Shown: positions 1 through 12,609 of the stretch, in pieces | Position numbering within the stretch: the first letter of the stretch is position 1 | How the letters are laid out: the number at the start of each line of letters is the position of its first letter | NCBI RefSeq assembly: GCF_001194135.2 | Contig: NC_068986.1 | Location: 60,613,489 to 60,677,488, forward strand | DNA from: Octopus bimaculoides | Lineage: Eukaryota | DNA length: 64,000 bases | Direction of reading: 5' to 3' | Notes under the pieces: generated by a model | Database searches by the model: none | What the model was told of the DNA's origin: nothing | The model's input: the letters and a program-made list of their open reading frames with translations, nothing else | Position numbers and translations under genes: made by a program

Positions 1-212
1 CTCCTGAAACAACCAAGAGGGATTCCTTAAATTGACGAAGAAATCTGCTAAAACTGCCAAAAAATGTAGTACTTGTTATTTTATAACGGTCTACTATAAT
101 ATATCGCTTAAAAAAAAAAACGTAATATATGACACTAAAAGTTTAATATAGTACATTAAAATCTGTAATGCAAGCTAGATTTATCCTTGTAAAAACCACA
201 TGGTGATAAATC

Positions 213-551
213 ATATAGGATCAGATGAATTCATTTTTCTTTCGCTCTGTCAGATCAATGGTTCTACAGAAGCCATTGTTTTCCAGTGCAGCAGTGATGA
301 TGTTGTTTGGCGGATTGCTGCTAGGAATCATCTATGCTCACAACAGATAATTCAATTCTTTGCTCTCCCACTTTGGTGCCATCTTCGTTTCTTAAGCCCA
401 GAGGGGGAATAGAGGATAGAGAGGAAGTGAGAAATAGTGGGAGGTAGAGAAGAAACACAGAGGGGGGATAGGGAAAGAGGGAGGGAGACATGAAAGAAAG
501 AGAAAGGATACGAAGAAAGAGAGAGGGTGATATGAAAAAAGAGAAAGGGTG
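213..551 (-). mobile_element. Inverted, diverged copy of the 5' end (CT-rich UTR + ORF1 start) of the LINE at 1320-5430
   Basis: Reverse complement matches ~1320-1638, e.g. ccactttggtgccatcttc here vs gaagatggcaccaaagtgg at ~1474. Confidence 0.85.
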
Positions 552-879
552 ATTGCGGCCGCGTGTAAGAAGAAAAAAATTGTTTTTGAAAGAAAACTTC
601 TTTGTACAAGAACAAGGATTGGAATTTTACCTCTTGCGAATAAGTATCCTTCTCATTTTGTTTATTTTCTTTTATCTTTGATAATACTGGATAAAACTTT
701 TTCTCTCTCTCACTATAATCTTTCATTGAACTTTTCTCACAGCGATCTCTTCGTTTTACATTCTATTTGAAAAATAGAACTCATTACGAAACCCCTTTTT
801 TTTTTCACTATTGTTTCTTTTTTTTTTTTTTTCACTTTATCTCTTTTACCTATCTAGATTTATAAATTTTTTTCCGCTT

Positions 880-1460
880 TTCTACATATCTTCACTACCT
901 GCTCCCCCTCTCTCTTTCATACCTACCTCTTCCTCTCTCCTTCCCTCACATATATTCCTCCCCTTCCCGCTTCTCTCTTTACACCTACCTCTCTCAATCT
1001 CTCTTCCATATTTTCCTCTTTTACTCATTTCTCTCCATCCCTTTCATATCTTCCCCCTTTTCTCACTTCTCTTTCCCTTTTTTGTCTCTCTCAACATCTA
1101 CCTCTCCTCCTATCACCTCACCTTCTCCCTCATATACTTCTCATTTTTCCCCTTATCTCACACTGTCTCTCCTTCACTCTGTCTTTCTCTTTCCATCCTC
1201 TCCCTCACTGTCTCTTTCCCTCCACTCCTTCACTGTCTCTCTTTCTCATCTCCTCCTCTCCCTCACTCTGTCTCACTTTCTCTCCCCCTACTCTACCTCC
1301 CTCTGTTGAGCTAACACCCCACACCCCCTCTCTTTCTTTCATATCGCCCTTTCTTTTTCCTTCATATCTCCCTCTCTCGTTCTCTATTTCCCCCCTTTGT
1401 GTTTCTTCTTTTCAACCTCCCTCTAGTTCTCACTTCTTCTCTCTCCTCTACTCCCCCTCT
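880..1460 (+). repeat. CT-rich low-complexity tract; its distal part is the LINE 5' UTR
   Basis: Almost pure C/T sequence. The six-frame ORFs here are F/S/L/P-rich artefacts. Confidence 0.85.
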
Positions 1461-1471
1461 GGGCTTAAAAA

Positions 1472-2519
1472 ATGAAGATGGCACCAAAGTGGGAGAAGAA
1501 AGAATTGTATCTTCTGTTACGAGCATGGATGATTGATAGTGGCGATCCGCCAAACAACATCATCACTGCTGCACTGGAAAACAATGCCTTCTGATCAGAT
1601 AGAGCAGAAGAAAAATGTATTCATCCGATCCTATACGCTGATCAGACCACACATTGACACTCTTGATGTCATAATGGAAAACTACTGTGGCAAGGCTGAT
1701 AAGAATAGAGAGCAGGAAACAAAAACCAGAAGTCTCTTTGATCCAGTGGTTCCTCAAAAGAATGGATCCCCACCCCAGTGAACGAGCAGGCTGAAAAGGA
1801 TACAGGAGCCAAGGAAGCAGCAACTAGAAGCCCCTCTGTGCCAGTGGTCCTACAAAGGAACAGAGTCCTCGCCCCATTGAACAACCAGAGGAATGAAAAT
1901 CTTACCACAAGAAAAGGAAGGACATAACACGAGCACAAGCATAAAGAAGGATGAGGAGAAAAATGAAAAGGCAAAAATGAAATAACCAAAACCAAAACCC
2001 CAACCCACCAAACAAAAAACAGAAAACTCAAACATGGAGGATCCAATGCAATCGAAAACCCTAGAAGAGAGAAGAAATTTGGAAGGCACTAAAGACCTGG
2101 AAGTTTTACCTGCAAGGCAAATGTTGGCACGGCAAAGACGGTAAAAACTGCTGGTTTGCTCACCTAAGATCCCGCCAAAACTACAGGGGCCTTAAGGAGA
2201 AAAACTTCCTTGAAGAAAGACACCAAAGAAAAAAAAAACAAAGAATAAAATACAAAGAATAAAATACAAAGAAAAAAATACAAAAGCAGAGCGCTCTTCA
2301 GATGTTATGCGAAAGGTAGCAGCTGAGCAAGTCTTTTTTGTGCATGGTGAAAAAGATTATGCAGCAGCTGACCTGGCTACATCAAGTGCAAACAAGGAAC
2401 CTTGCCCACCACTATGCAAGACCAACACAGTCAACAGACACGAGATGGCCTCCCCTAACACCTGCACAGTCATCATGCCAATATTTTTTCTAAATATTGG
2501 GGGGACTGTTGCATCATAA
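1472..2519 (+). pseudogene. LINE ORF1 remnant with a CCCH-like zinc finger
   Basis: 2101-2163 reads KFYLQGKCWHGKDGKNCWFAH. Multiple frameshifts elsewhere. Confidence 0.6.
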
Positions 2520-5383
2520 CAAAAGCAAACTTTTTTTCTGAGAGACCTTGTTGCAGGCAATCAAGCACTATGCATAGCACTCGTGGAAACTCACCTCAGC
2601 CCTGACATAGAGAATGCAGAAGTACACATACCAAAATATACCATACTGTGAACAGACAGAAGGGAAAGGAGCCATGGTGGAGTTGCTGTATACATCCCTG
2701 ATGACCTCACAAACCAGGTCTTACTGTCATACTCAAATTCGGTATGTGACACTCTAATTGTATACATAAGACAACACAATATAGTCATATGCAATACATC
2801 TCGCCCACTGGATGCTCCAAACCACATAGACAAGTTTGAAGATTGGCTCACAAGAATTAAAGAAATCCTCGTAAAACTGGAACACCACGTGAGCATATTT
2901 CTCATAGGTGACTTCAACTTCCCCAATGTCAAATGGTCTGAAGGCCTCATGCTGTCAGGAATCACTCATTGCAAACAAGCACAGGTGGAGTCCCTGCTCA
3001 TGAAGCAAGTTATACTCAGACAAACTAGGGTGAATAACATTTTGGATCTCTGCTTCACAAACAATATGGACATCAATCATGATGTGAAAGTGATGCCAAC
3101 ATTAGTCTCGGATCACAACATAACAGAGCTGTCTGTGTTTGGGCCGAAAGTAGCCAGAGACATACAGCTTAAAGGAAGCACCTGAAATCTCTCCACGCTG
3201 AACTTCCACAAAGCAGACCGAAAATCGATCCAAAATGAGATCCTCAGACATAACTGGCCAAAATGTCTCTCCACACCAAACATTGGCATGAAACTAGAAT
3301 ATTTCATGTCTGTTATGCAAACCATATGCCAGAAATATATCCCAGAGCACAAGGCCAACACAAGGAACAAGATTCCAAAAGAAGATCCACATGAGACACG
3401 GACAAAGGTTGCAAATTGCCTCAACCAACATTCTAAAAGTAGCGAAAAGTCCTGCCTAAAAACAACACTGATGGAGATTGAAAAAAGCCTGCAACAATCC
3501 TATGTGAGGGAGAGAATCCTAGGTTATAAAAAACATTAAGTCAAACTCAAAAGCCTTCTTTTATTACGCGTAAGAAACAGCCTCAGTACGCTGAAAGATA
3601 GGACCCCTCTTCAAAAAGGATGGCTCCCTCACAGACAGTCTAACTAGGATCAGTGAGGTACTGAATGAGCAATTCAAAAGTGTCTTCACCACTCCGTTGG
3701 AGCACAGACAAGTGAACGAACCAGTGGACTTCTTTGCTACCTCCCCTATAACCAGAGAGGCAGTTACAATGGAATATATCAACATTAGCGAAGATGTACT
3801 ACTAGCTATAGAGAAAGTGGACACAAACTCAACTGCTGGTCCAGATGGGTTCCCAGCAATCCTCCTTAAATCGTGTAAGCATGCCCTGGCAAAACCCCTC
3901 CAGATCCTCTTCCAGAGCTTTCTCGCAAATGGCAGACTGCCAAGCAAGCTGAAGGAAGGAATAATATGCCCAATCCATAAAGGGAGAAGCAGAGCAGATG
4001 CCAAAAATTATTGGCTTATCTCTCTGACTTCACACATCAGCAAAGTCATGGAAAGGATAGTCAGAAGAAAACTAATCGCATTCCTTGAAGAAAATAACTT
4101 GCTGAGTGATACCCAACATGGCTTTCGACCAGGTAGGAGCTGCCTGACCCAGCTCTTACAACATTATGACTGGGTGTTGAGGCAGTTACTCAACAACTCA
4201 AATGTGGATGTAATATACCTTTATTTTGCAAAAGCTTTTGACAGAGTGGATCATGGTGTGATATGCCACAAACTGCGTGATCTCGGCATAGCTGGAAAAC
4301 TTGGCGAGTGGTTTACATGACTTTCTGAAAAATAGAAGCCAGGCAGTAGTGGTCAATGGAGCTACCTCAATAAAAACACAAATATTGAGCAGTGTTCCAC
4401 AGGTACTGTCTTGGGACCACAGCTTTTCATAGTGGCCCTCTCAGATATGCCCTCAACTGCCCAGATAGCCACCCTTGCTAGCTACAGAGATGATAGGAAA
4501 GACTGGCAGAAAATACAGAACCCCAGCGATTGTTGCACATCTGCAACAGGAGTTGGACTCAATTAACAGATGGGCTGAGGATAATAATATTCAAATTAAT
4601 GCTGAAAAATTCCAAGCCTTGCACTACCAGTGTACAAAACTGAAAATGAAACTTACAGGGTACACTGGTCCAGAGGGAATTACAATCCCAGAGCCTAAAC
4701 CATTGAGGGACCTGGGTATCGACATGAGTGATGATACCTCTTTTCAAGTACACATTACCAGGATGGCAACAAAGTGCAGACGACTGGCTGGATGGATCCA
4801 GAGAATATTTAGAACCAGAGATAAGGAAACCATGACGGTCCTCTGGAGGATATTCGTCCTCAGCCACCTGGATTACTGCTCCCAGTTATGGTCACCGAAC
4901 AGTGTAAAATTAACAGCAGACCTTGAAGTAATCCAGAGAAGATTCACAAAGAAGATTGTCTCATTGCAACAGCTCAGCTACTGGGAAAGCTGAAACAGTG
5001 AAGACTCTACTCTCTGGAGCAAGGCAGGAGAGGCATGCAGTAATATACATGTGGAAGATCCTGGAAGGAATTGTGCCAAATTTTGGCATTGAAAGCTATA
5101 CCAATGCCAGAACATAGTGCCAAAGATCCCAGCAATGCCATTGCACTTCAAGACTACTTACGGCAACAGCATGGGTTTCAGGGGCCCACATCATTTTAAT
5201 ATTTTCCCAATGAATCTGAGGAACCTGCACAAAGTGGATGTAGGCGTTTGCAGATCAAAAATGGACCTCTTCCTCTTGAGAGTCCCAGATGAACCTACCT
5301 CACGGCAAGAGGTGCAAATGAGGGTAGCTACATTAAACTCCATTCTTCACCAAGTGCCACATTTTAGAGGAGGCTCTCAGTAA
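2475..5383 (+). pseudogene. LINE ORF2 (AP endonuclease + reverse transcriptase), frameshifted
   Basis: ORF pieces 2889-3185, 3697-4320, 4475-4993 and 5117-5383 carry colinear EN, RT and C-terminal motifs. Confidence 0.9.
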
Positions 5384-5561
5384 TAAGAGTATAGCAAAAC
5401 GGTGGCCACAGCTCTGAGCTGAAACTACAAAAATATATATATTTCTAATCCTCCAATTCCGCTGTCCCCTACCCATCTCTCCTTCCATGTGACTGGTGTC
5501 TGGCCAACCATGATCCTTCTTTTTGAGCCTGAATGATAAGTATACATATATATATATATAT

Positions 5562-7838
5562 ATCATCATCATCATCATTTAACGTCCACTATCCATGCTA
5601 GCATGGGTTGCACGATTTGACTGAGGACTGCTGAAAACCAGATGGCTACACCAGGCTCCAATCTGATTTGGCAGAGTTTCTACAGCTGGATGCCCTTCCT
5701 AACGCCAACCACTCAGAGAATGTAGTGGGTGCTTTTACGTGCCACCGGCACGAAGGTCAGTCAGGGGGTACTGGCAACAGCCATGCTCAAAATGGTGTAT
5801 TTTACATGCTACCTGCACAGGAGCCAGTCCAGCGGGACTGGCAACGAACTCGCTCGAATGTCTTTTCACAAGTTCCAGGAAGGCGACGTTGGTAACGGTC
5901 ACACTCAAATGGTGCTATTTATGTGCCACCGGCACGAAGCCAGGCAGCTGGTGCTCTGGCAATGATCACGCTCGGACAGTGCTCTTAGTGAATTACTGGT
6001 ACTGGTGCCATCACGATTTCGCTTTCGCTTGCCGTGTTTAGTGTTCAATGAAGACGTTGGCATGGGTGCCAGTCTACAAATTTAGTTCGATTTCGATTTC
6101 GATTTCACTTGCCTCAACAGGTCTTCGCAAGAAGGAATGTTACGCATAAGTGGGCTGGCTACAACTCTGGCAAGGCCTTGGATTTTGGTCTCACTTGCTC
6201 TGCCGGGTCTTCTCACGCACAGCATATTTTCAACGGTCTCGGTCAGAAGTCATTGCCTTGGTTAGACCTAAAGTTCAGAAGTTGTGCTTCACCACCTCAT
6301 CCCGGGTCTTCCTGAGCCTGCCTCTTCCATGGGTTCCCTCAACCGCTAGGGTGTGGCACATACAGCTATCATCATCCATTCTTGCCACATGTCCATACCA
6401 GTGCAATCGTCTCTCTTGCACACAACTGATGCTTCTTAGGTTCAACTTTTCTCTCAAGATACTTACACTCTGTCGGGTATGCACATTGACATTACTCATT
6501 CAATTGGAGCATACTGGCTTCATTCCTTGCGAGCTTATGCATGTCCTCAGCAGTCAAGGCCCATGTTTCACTGCCATGTAGCATGGCTGTTTGTACACAT
6601 GCGTCATACAGTCTGCCTTTTACTCTGAGCGAGAGGCCCTTTGTCACCAGCAGAAGTAAGAGCTCTCTGAACTTTGCCCAGGCTATTCTTATTCTAGCAG
6701 CTACACTTTCAGCACATCCTACTAACTTGGTCACCCAGATAGCGGAAGCTATCAACTACCTCTAGTTTTTCTCCCTGGAATGAGACAGAAGTTGTTTTCT
6801 GGACATTTTCAGTGTTTATTGNNNNNNNNNNNNNNNNNNNNNNNNNNNNNNNNNNNNNNNNNNNNNNNNNNNNNNNNNNNNNNNNNNNNNNNNNNNNNNN
6901 NNNNNNNNNNNNNNNNNNNNNNNNNNNNNNNNNNNNNNNNNNNNNNNNNNNNNNNNNNNNNNNNNNNNNNNNNNNNNNNNNNNNNNNNNNNNNNNNNNNN
7001 NNNNNNNNNNNNNNNNNNNNNNNNNNNNNNNNNNNNNNNNNNNNNNNNNNNNNNNNNNNNNNNNNNNNNNNNNNNNNNNNNNNNNNNNNNNNNNNNNNNN
7101 NNNNNNNNNNNNNNNNNNNNNNNNNNNNNNNNNNNNNNNNNNNNNNNNNNNNNNNNNNNNNNNNNNNNNNNNNNNNNNAACTTTGGTTTTAGCTAAGTTG
7201 AACCTAAGGCCCTTCGATTCTAGTCCTTGCTTCCACACCTGAAACTTCTCCTGTAGTTCTAATAGTGATTCAGCAATTAGTGCAAGGTCATCAGCATAGA
7301 GGAGCTCCCAGGGGCATCCTGTCTTGGATTTTTCTGTTATCGCCTGGAGGACAATGATAAATAGGAGGGAGCTGAGGACAGAACCTTGGTGGACCCCTAC
7401 CTCTACCTGGAATTCTTCACTGTACTCATTGCCAACCCTCACCTTACTGACAGTGTCTCTGTACATGGCTCGCACAGCTCTCACTAACCATTCTCCTATC
7501 CCTAGTTTCCTCATTGACCACCAGATAATGGATCGGTAGACCCTGTCAAAGGCTTTCTCCATGTCAACGAAAGCCAGATACAGAGGTTTATCCTTGGCTA
7601 GGTATTTCTCCTGCAGCTGTCTTACCAGAAATATAGCATCAGTGGTGCTTTTCCCTGGCACAAACCCAAACTGCATCTCATCTAAATTGATTCGCTCCCT
7701 AATTAGTTGGGCTATAGCCCTCTCCATGACTTTCATTACCTGATGTAACAGCTTGATACCTCTGTAATTATTTGTATCTAAAGCGTCACTTTTACCTTTG
7801 TAGCAGTTGACTATGGTGCTGCTACACCAGTCATTGGG
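5562..7838 (-). mobile_element. 5'-truncated RTE-clade LINE flanked on both sides by (TA)n
   Basis: QFGFVPGKSTTDAIF, KAFDRV, GVHQGSVLS, YADDL, RRLHWYGHVARMD, GRGR; (GAT)n tail at 5562-5577; contains an N gap. Confidence 0.95.
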
Positions 7839-7908
7839 TATATATATATATATATATATATCTACAAATGCTAACTTATCCTAAAATAATTACAAAAATT
7901 AGTCTTAC

Positions 7909-7964
7909 CTTTGTAAAATGTCTGCCACAAGGGCAGCCCAACAGCCATCATGACTAAAGGCATA
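7909..7964 (-). CDS. IAH1: IAH1-like esterase, coding exon 2 (YAFSHDGCWAALVADILQ + 2 nt of the R codon)
   Basis: 56 nt with a ttccattttag acceptor and AG|GTAAGA donor. Phase 0 start joins exon 1. Matches recalled vertebrate IAH1 FSFQQGGWGASLADRLVR. Confidence 0.9.
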
Positions 7965-9459
7965 CTAAAATGGAAAAGAGGAAGAAAATTGGAATTAAAC
8001 TTAAATATATAAGCAGTGTATGATTCAAATTAAAGAAAACATTAAAGAAATAACTATGTACATTTAATAATGATCAGAAGAGAAAAATTTTTTTTTAATG
8101 AAATGCTCTAACACAAAATTACTAAATATAATTTTTGAATGACTTTTAATGTTTTCAGAGCACTAATACGGGATGACTTATTATCACAATGTTGACTGCT
8201 TTAATTAATTGTCAAAGTATATGATTAATACTTGGTTGCCTTTATTAAATTTAACAATTCACAAATCAGGAAAGGTACAACTTCTAATTAGTCAGGAGGC
8301 TGAATGTAGTGAACCAATTTCTAATCACCTTCCAAATTGAAACAATATGCCTGATACAAAAGACAGGATGACCACAACTAGAAATACCTAATAATTGTTC
8401 TTTTTCTGTTTGTTTTTCAATTCACTAATTCCAAGTGAATGGTCTTGTGAAACAAGTGCACATCAAGCAACTCAACAATAATCAATCAATCATTGAAATG
8501 GAAAATTTAATTTACAGTTAGTACAGAAAGATGAATGTAAAATAGTAGACAATAATTGTGATATGGTAGCATTATTTATTACCAGAGTGTTAGCTGTCAT
8601 ACAACAGATAACTTTGGAAGTATACATTTGCCACCATGGGTGATAGGTGGCAAATAACTATGAATGTTTGGAAATATTTAAATATACTTTCTACTCTACT
8701 TTTCCTAAGAGAGCATCCAAAAAGAAACATTTTAATATCTCATTTGTGAAATTTGAATGAATGTTTTAGGAAATATAACAATTTGAATGGTCAGTGAAAT
8801 GGTCAAAATCTTGCCTAATTAGCCTAAATGAATAAATTAGCCATATTTATGATGCCATTTCTTTCAAACTGAGGTGATGACCATCTTCAAATTACAAAAA
8901 TTAATAGTGATCATAGCATACCAGTTGCCTATTTTTTTTTAGGTTCTTGGAAAGAAACTATCTTTTTTTGGCAAGTTAAAAAAATATTTATGTATAGCCT
9001 ATTTTGTTACAAGTTACAAACAATTTTGCAGTGCTTACAGACCTAGTTAAATCCAAAGGTACAAGTCACTGGGACTTGAGTTTTGTCACATTGTAGTTAG
9101 TATAGAACTACATAAATCCTGAAATTTTGGAATATGACATTTCAATAAAATTTTAATGGACCACTAAAAATGGCTATAAATCGCAGAATTTCAGATCAGG
9201 ATGCCCACGTAAGTTGGATTTTCTCCTTTTTGACAGGGGTTTTTCCATTTTTTTTTCTTTTTTGCATAGCAGTCTTGGAAATGATCGGGGTAGGCTTTTT
9301 ATGAAAATAGATTCTGAAAAATTTATGATACCCCATCCACTCAAGACAAATTTTGGCCAATTCTGTTTGCACTACACACTTTAAAAAAGAATGGGAGAAG
9401 CCTTGCATTAAAAAAGATGAAAAAAAAATTGAAAATATTTTAAAACAAAAGATGGGAGG

Positions 9460-11726
9460 GGAGAGGAACTACAGACTTGTAACATAGGGGGCTACTGGGA
9501 ATTCCTGCGGGACAGCTTGCTCAGTGCCACAGACCAAATCTGCGACTGGTGCAAAGTCCCATCCCGACCTAGGGTGACATGGTGGTGGAACACTGCCGTG
9601 GACAAGGCCATTAGAGCAAAGAAACAGGCCTGATAGGCCTGGAAGAGTGGGGATAGCAGGGAACTGTATCAAATAGCCAGAAGGGAAGCTAGGAGACAGG
9701 TATATCTAGCAGCAGAAAAGAAGGAGTTTGCCTATGCTCAGCGATGTAAGGACCAAAGACTTGAAGAGTTTTGGATTGCAAGACAGTATGCGAGAGAAAA
9801 TTGCGATGTCATAGGAAAAAAATGTGTCTACATGGATGATGGTGCACTTGCATTCAATGATTCTGCAAAGAAAGAGGCTTGGAGATGCTGTTATGAAAGA
9901 TTGCTGAACATGGGGAATAAATGAGAGAAGGAGAATCTGCCAAATGTTGACCAAACTAAGAGATCAGCTGTCTGAATCAACAATACCTTGGTAGATAACA
10001 CAATTAAGGATATGAAGGCAGGGAAAGGCCCTGGCCCATCAGGAATCACTACTGAGATGCTTAAAATATCTGGCGGTGTGGGTTACGGTCTACTCACCTG
10101 TATTGTAAATCAGGTGATTCACAAAGGAGTCACATGCAATGACTGGTGTAGCAGCACAATAGTCAACTACTACAAAGGTAAAGGTGATGCCGTAGAAATT
10201 ATAACAGAAGTATCAAATTGCTGAATCAGGTAATGAAAGTTACAGAGAGGGTCATAGCCTAACTAATTAAGGAGAGAGTTAGTCTAGATGAGTGCAGTTT
10301 GGCTTTGTGCTAGGAAGAAGCACTACTGATGCTATATTTCTGGTAAGGCAGCTGCAGGAGGAATACATAGCCAAAGATAAACCTCTGTACCTGGCTTTCA
10401 TTGACTTGGAGAAAACTTTTGACAGGGTCCTCCGATCCCTTATCTGGTGGTCAATGCAGAAACTAGGGATAGACGAGTGGTTGGTGAGAACAGTACAAGC
10501 CATGTACAGGAATGCTGTCAGTAAGGTGAGGATTGGCAATGAGTACAGCAAAGAATTCAAGGTACAAGTAGAGGTTCACCAAGGATCAGTCCACAGCCCC
10601 CTCTTGTTCATCATAGTCTTCCAGGAAATAACAGAGGAATTTAAGACAGGCTGCCTCTGGGAGCTCCTCTATGCTGATAACCTTTTTCATACAGCTGAAT
10701 CACTACCAGAACTAGAGAAGAAGTTTCAGGTATGAAAGCAAGGTCTAGAATCAAAGGACCTTAGAGTTAACCAAGCAATAACCAAAGTCAGGCTATCCTT
10801 CATTGTAATTATAATTCTTGTCAACTGAAGCACATGCTTTTGTTTACATTTAATCGGCCTTTTCCGTAAAGGAGGGATGGGAAATGACTGGGGAAGATGG
10901 TACGGTGAGCCTTTCTGCTTTGCATAACCACTGACTAGAGAGGAAGTTGCTGGATTTGCAAAGTCAGTGTGCATGTACAACAGAGTATAAGCAGCTTGAG
11001 AGAAAAGTTGGGCATAAGAGAGACAACTGGACGAGGACAGATGTGTAAAGAAGTGCTGATCTCTAACTGTGGAAGGAACCTATGGTAGAGGTAGGCTCAG
11101 AAAGACATGGGACAAGGTGGTGAAGCATGATCTTTGAAGTCTGGGCCTCACAGAGGCAATGACTAGTGATCGAGACCTTTGGTGATATGCTGCACTTGAG
11201 AAGACCTGTCAAGCCAAGTGAAATCATGGTTGTGGTTAATGTTGGTGTCACGTAACTGGCACCCATGTTGGTGGCATGTAAAAAGCACCAATCAAGCATT
11301 GAGCCTCACAAAGGCAAGGTGACCAATGCTGGTGGCATGTCAAAAATACCTTTTGAGTGTTGGGCCTCATAGAGGCAATGACAAATGATCGAGACCTTTG
11401 GCAGTATTCCATGCTTGAGAAGATGACCCATCAAGCCAAGTAAAATCATAGTCATAGCAGATACTGGTGTCATACAAATGGCACCTGTACTGGTGGCATG
11501 TAAAAAGCACCTTTTGAGCATTGGGCCTCACTGAGGCAAGGTGGCCAATGCCAGTAACACGTGAAAAGTACTTTGCAAGTGTTGGGTCTCATGGAGGCAA
11601 TGACAAATGACTGAAACCTTTAACATTATGCCATGCTCGGGAAGAAGACCCATCAAGCCAAGTATAATCAGTCAAATAGTCCAACCCATGCCAGCATGGA
11701 CAATTGATATTAAATGATGATGATGA
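9460..11726 (+). mobile_element. Older, degenerate RTE LINE with a repeat-expanded 3' UTR
   Basis: KGPGPSGITTEMLK, QFGFVLGRSTTDAIF, YADNL; gatgatgatga tail at ~11715. Confidence 0.92.
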
Positions 11727-12325
11727 CTTTTAAATGAAAAAATGTTTGATTTTGGGGGATACTTAGCTTTTAATTTTAGCTTATCCCACAACCACCTGAT
11801 ACCTTTCTCAGAGTTGCATGTAGATGTAGATTAAAAAACAAACAAAATGTGTAAACTAATTCCTTGCTTTAAATATTAAAAACATAAATTGAAGGCATTA
11901 ACAACATCTGTAACTTATAGTAAACTTGTAGGAGAGAGGTTAAAAAAAAATACCCTAAAAACAAATATGTAAATGTTGTAATCCAACATCAGACTGTTAT
12001 AACGTCCATTCCACTTTTTTTTGCTTGTGCATCTGGGTTCAATTATTTGTAGTGGTGTTGGTAATTGAAAAGTATCATATAACTATTCCATTGGTTCTTC
12101 CATTCTCTTGGGTTCGCTCTCAACAAATTATTTTTTTAGTTGATTTATGTGTCTCTTGTATACCTATTTCTTCCTTTTACCAAGTATAGCATTTTTCCTA
12201 TGCATTTGATAATCATGCTGTCTTCCCAACTTTGTTTTCCATTCTAATGTACCCTAACAAACACATTTTTACCAATTTTGATATATTTTGCTGTATTATT
12301 CATTGCAATTTTTCTTTTCTTACCA

Positions 12326-12603
12326 GGTTAATGTTGGTGTCACGTAACTGGCACCCATGTTGGTGGCATGTAAAAAGCACCAATCAAGCATTGAGCCTCA
12401 CAAAGGCAAGGTGACCAATGCTGGTGGCATGTCAAAAATACCTTTTGAGTGTTGGGCCTCATAGAGGCAATGACAAATGATCGAGACCTTTGGCAGTATT
12501 CCATGCTTGAGAAGATGACCCATCAAGCCAAGTAAAATCATAGTCATAGCAGATACTGGTGTCATACAAATGGCACCTGTACTGGTGGCATGTAAAAAGC
12601 ACC
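12326..12603 (+). repeat. Apparently identical 278-bp copy of 11234-11511 (RTE 3' UTR piece) inside the Gypsy element
   Basis: Base-by-base reading found no differences between the two copies. Confidence 0.9.
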
Positions 12604-12609
12604 ATTTGT

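Larger units (their letters stand above)
1320..5430 (+). mobile_element. Near full-length but inactivated CR1/L2-group non-LTR retrotransposon (ORF1 + APE-RT ORF2)
   Basis: ORF1 start MKMAPKWEKKEL at 1472; APE endonuclease motifs (VETHL, GGVAVY, GDFNFP); RT motifs (QHGFRPGRSCLTQL, FAKAFDRVDH, VPQG-VLGP); 3' hairpin CAGCT-CTG-AGCTG at 5409-5421 before an A/TA tail. Confidence 0.9.

Noticed and set aside
811-1314. 167-aa hydrophobic ORF
   Set aside because: It is a translation of the CT-rich low-complexity tract.
2695-2722. CTGATGA...AAAC...GTC resembling a hammerhead
   Set aside because: No stem II, stem I or GAAA; it lies in LINE endonuclease coding sequence.
5700-6000. Spaced GTGCCACCGGCAC repeats resembling a CRISPR array
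   Set aside because: Irregular, degenerate modules inside a eukaryotic LINE 3' UTR; no cas genes.
1-7908. IAH1 exon 3
   Set aside because: No NRG.SGYN-type exon was found by eye; it probably lies beyond the window start.
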